Assembly (NCBI GenBank): GCA_002269645.1
Contig: NIVC01003504.1
Location: forward strand, 30,611 to 94,610
DNA from: Macrostomum lignano
Lineage: Eukaryota
Length of the DNA: 64,000 nt
Direction of reading: 5' to 3'
The position numbers were made by a program, and so were the translations under genes. Of the stretch, positions 61,713 through 64,000 are shown one piece after another. How positions within the stretch are numbered: the stretch's first letter is position 1; every line of letters starts with the position of its first letter. Below the pieces are notes generated by a model. It ran no database searches, was not told where the DNA came from, and was given only the letters and a program-made list of their open reading frames with translations.

Positions 61713-64000
61713 ATGCAGCGTCTCCGCTTCTCCTCCCTGCTGCCCCAGTTCCGCTGCCGCCTCTTTGCTGCCGCTCAGTCCAAGGCGTCGGCTGCAACTT
61801 CAACAACCTCCGGCGCGGCCAAGCTGGACTCCCTGAAGTCGCTCGGCCTCACCGACAAGCTCAACTTCGTCAACGGGGAGCGCTGCGATGGCAGCGGCAC
61901 CGCTTTCGACAATGTGTACCCGGCCAGCGGGCACAAGACTGCCGCTGTGCGGGAGTCCACGGCCAGCGATATCGACAAGGCCGTGCTCGCTTCTAAAGAG
62001 GTGCGGCGCCTGAGTCTGATGTACATGTAGCTGAGTAGCCCTGTCTAGCTGAGTAGCCCTGTCTGTAGCTGAGTAGCCCTGTCTGTAGCTGAGTAGCCCT
62101 GTCTAGCTGAGTAGCCCAGTCTGTAGCTGAGTAGCCCTGTCTGTAGCTGAGTGACCCAGTCTGTAGCTGAGTAGCCCAATCTGTAGCTTAGCAGCCCTGT
62201 CTGTAGCTGAGTGGCCCAGTCTGTAGTTGAGTAGCTCTGTCTGTAGCTGAGTAGCCCTGTCTGTAGCTGAGTAGCCCAGTCTAGCTTAGCAGCCCTGTTT
62301 GTAGCTGAGTAGCCCAGTCTGTAGCTTAGCAGCCCTGTCTGTAGCTGAGTGGCCCAATCTGTAGTTGAGTAGCCCTGTCTGTAGCTGAGTAGCCCAGTCG
62401 CTGAGTAGCCCTGTCTGTAGTTAAGTAGCCCAATCTGTAGCTGAGTAACCTTGTCTGTAGCTGAGTAGCCCAGTCTTTAGCTTAGCAGCCCAGTCTGTAG
62501 CTGAGTAGCCCTGTGTGTAGCTGAGTGGCCCAGTCTGTAGTTGAGTAGCCCAGTCTGTAGCTTAGCAGCCCTGTCTGTAGCTGAGTAGCCCTGTCTGTAG
62601 CTTAGCAGCCCTGTCTGTAGCTTAGCAGCCCTGTCTGTAGCTGAGTGGCCCAGTCTGTAGCTGAGTAACCTTGTCTGTAGCTTAGCAGCCCTGTCTGTAG
62701 CTTAGCAGCCCTGTCTGTAGCTTAGCAGCCCTGTCTGTAGCTGAGTGGCCCAGTCTGTAGCTGAGTAACACAATATGTAGCTGAGTAACACTGTCTGTAA
62801 CTGAGTAACCCTTGGTTATAGCCGAGTAACCCAGTCTGATGCAGCTGAGTAGCCCAGTCTGATGCAGCTGAGTAGCCCAGTCTGATGCAGCTGAGTAACC
62901 CGCACTCCCTTGCCCGAAGGCATTCACAAAATGGCGCGAGACGTCGCCCCTGGAGCGCAGTTTGAAGCTGGGCGAAGCCGCCCGCCTCATCCGCGCCCGC
63001 CTGCAGCACCTGGCCGCCGTGGAGGTGCTGGACACCGGCAAGCCAATCTGGGAAGCCAGCGCCGACATTGAAGCCTGCGCGGACACCTTGCAGATGTTCT
63101 CCGGCCTGGCGCACACTCTGGCAGGCGAGCACGTGCACCTGCCCGGCGGCTCGTTCTACTACACCAGGCGGGAGCCGTTCGGAGTCTGCGCTGGCATCGG
63201 CGCCTGGAATTATCCGTTTCAGGTTCGGTTTGGCGAATTCACCGCTTTTGTTGGCTATTTGTTGCAGTTGTACGTGCGCTTACCAAGATGGGAACTTTAT
63301 TATTACGGCGCGAAAATAGCGACAGATTTTATTGCAAGCCGATCTTTAAACATGAATTGCATACTTTATTGTTTCATTTATTTTTGCAAAGCTTTTTAAC
63401 GATATTTAATAAGTGGAGCTGCGGTTTCACTGTCCTATCCCGCTATTGGGCTGTCCGATCCCGCTATTGGGCTGTCCGATCCCGCTATTGGGCTGACGGA
63501 TCCCGCTATTGGCTGTCCGATCCGCTATTAGACTGTCCGATCCCGCTATTGGGCTGTCCGATCCCGCTATTAGGCTGTCCGATCCCGCTATTAGGCTGTC
63601 CGATCCCGCTATTAGACTATCAGATCCCGCTTTAGGCTATCGAATCCCGTTATTGTGCTGCTGGATCCGCCATTGGACCGCATAAACGATGATCCACATA
63701 CATTCTAGTAGCTTAAGTTTGAAAAAATCCCAATTTTCTGTATTATCCCATTGGGGCTGGGCCTCAATTATTCTACGAGTACTAGTTGGACAGCTGCACT
63801 TTTGTCATGGCCGGCGGTCCCGCAGATGGCCGTGTGGAAATCCGCGCCAGCCCTGGCCTGCGGCAACGGCCTGGTGTTTAAGCCCGCCCCGCTCACCCCG
63901 CTGGGCGCCGTGCAGCTGGCCGAGATCTACGCCGAGGCTGGCCTGCCCGCCGGCCTCTTCTCCGTAGTGCAGGGTGGCCCGGACACCGGCCGAGCTCTAG
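61713..64000 (+). CDS. ALDH9A1: Aldehyde dehydrogenase family 9 (TMABA/betaine aldehyde dehydrogenase), 5' part, runs off window
   Basis: Exons 61713-62000, 62920-63222 and 63826->64000; [45 protein letters not shown]|[25 protein letters not shown]. Confidence 0.93.
62028..62900. repeat. 20-bp minisatellite (CTGTAGCTGAGTAGCCCTGT) in ALDH intron 1
   Basis: Direct tandem copies. Confidence 0.95.
63435..63650. repeat. 21-bp minisatellite (GATCCCGCTATTGGGCTGTCC) in ALDH intron 2
   Basis: Direct tandem copies. Confidence 0.9.

Overview
Eukaryotic (metazoan) genomic DNA. GC-rich, low-complexity exons, a private minisatellite in most large introns and an RTE LINE with a (TGT)n tail suggest the flatworm Macrostomum; this is an inference only. 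Six spliced or intact genes were reconstructed by hand with phase-consistent junctions: a TRPM-family channel N-terminal region (- strand, 13 exons, no transmembrane domain inside the window), an Evi1/MECOM/PRDM16/egl-43-type zinc-finger gene (-), LDB1/Chip (-), SMG5 (+), mitochondrial HSP10 (+) and the 5' part of ALDH9A1 (+). About 30 unrelated tandem-repeat arrays account for nearly all of the long repetitive ORFs in the track. The AT-rich LDB-SMG5 interval holds transposons instead. These are an intact DD34D mariner and a 4.9-kb foldback-like element with a 9-bp TSD, whose inverted arms are built of 177-bp tandem units, whose centre is an RTE retrotransposon and whose left arm carries a nested MITE. 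Other highlights: a defective mariner inserted inside the last SMG5 coding exon rewrites the C-terminus, and an LDB intronic minisatellite is made of copies of the exon/intron junction, giving 15 tandem splice donors. Repeat boundaries are approximate (about +/-20 bp).
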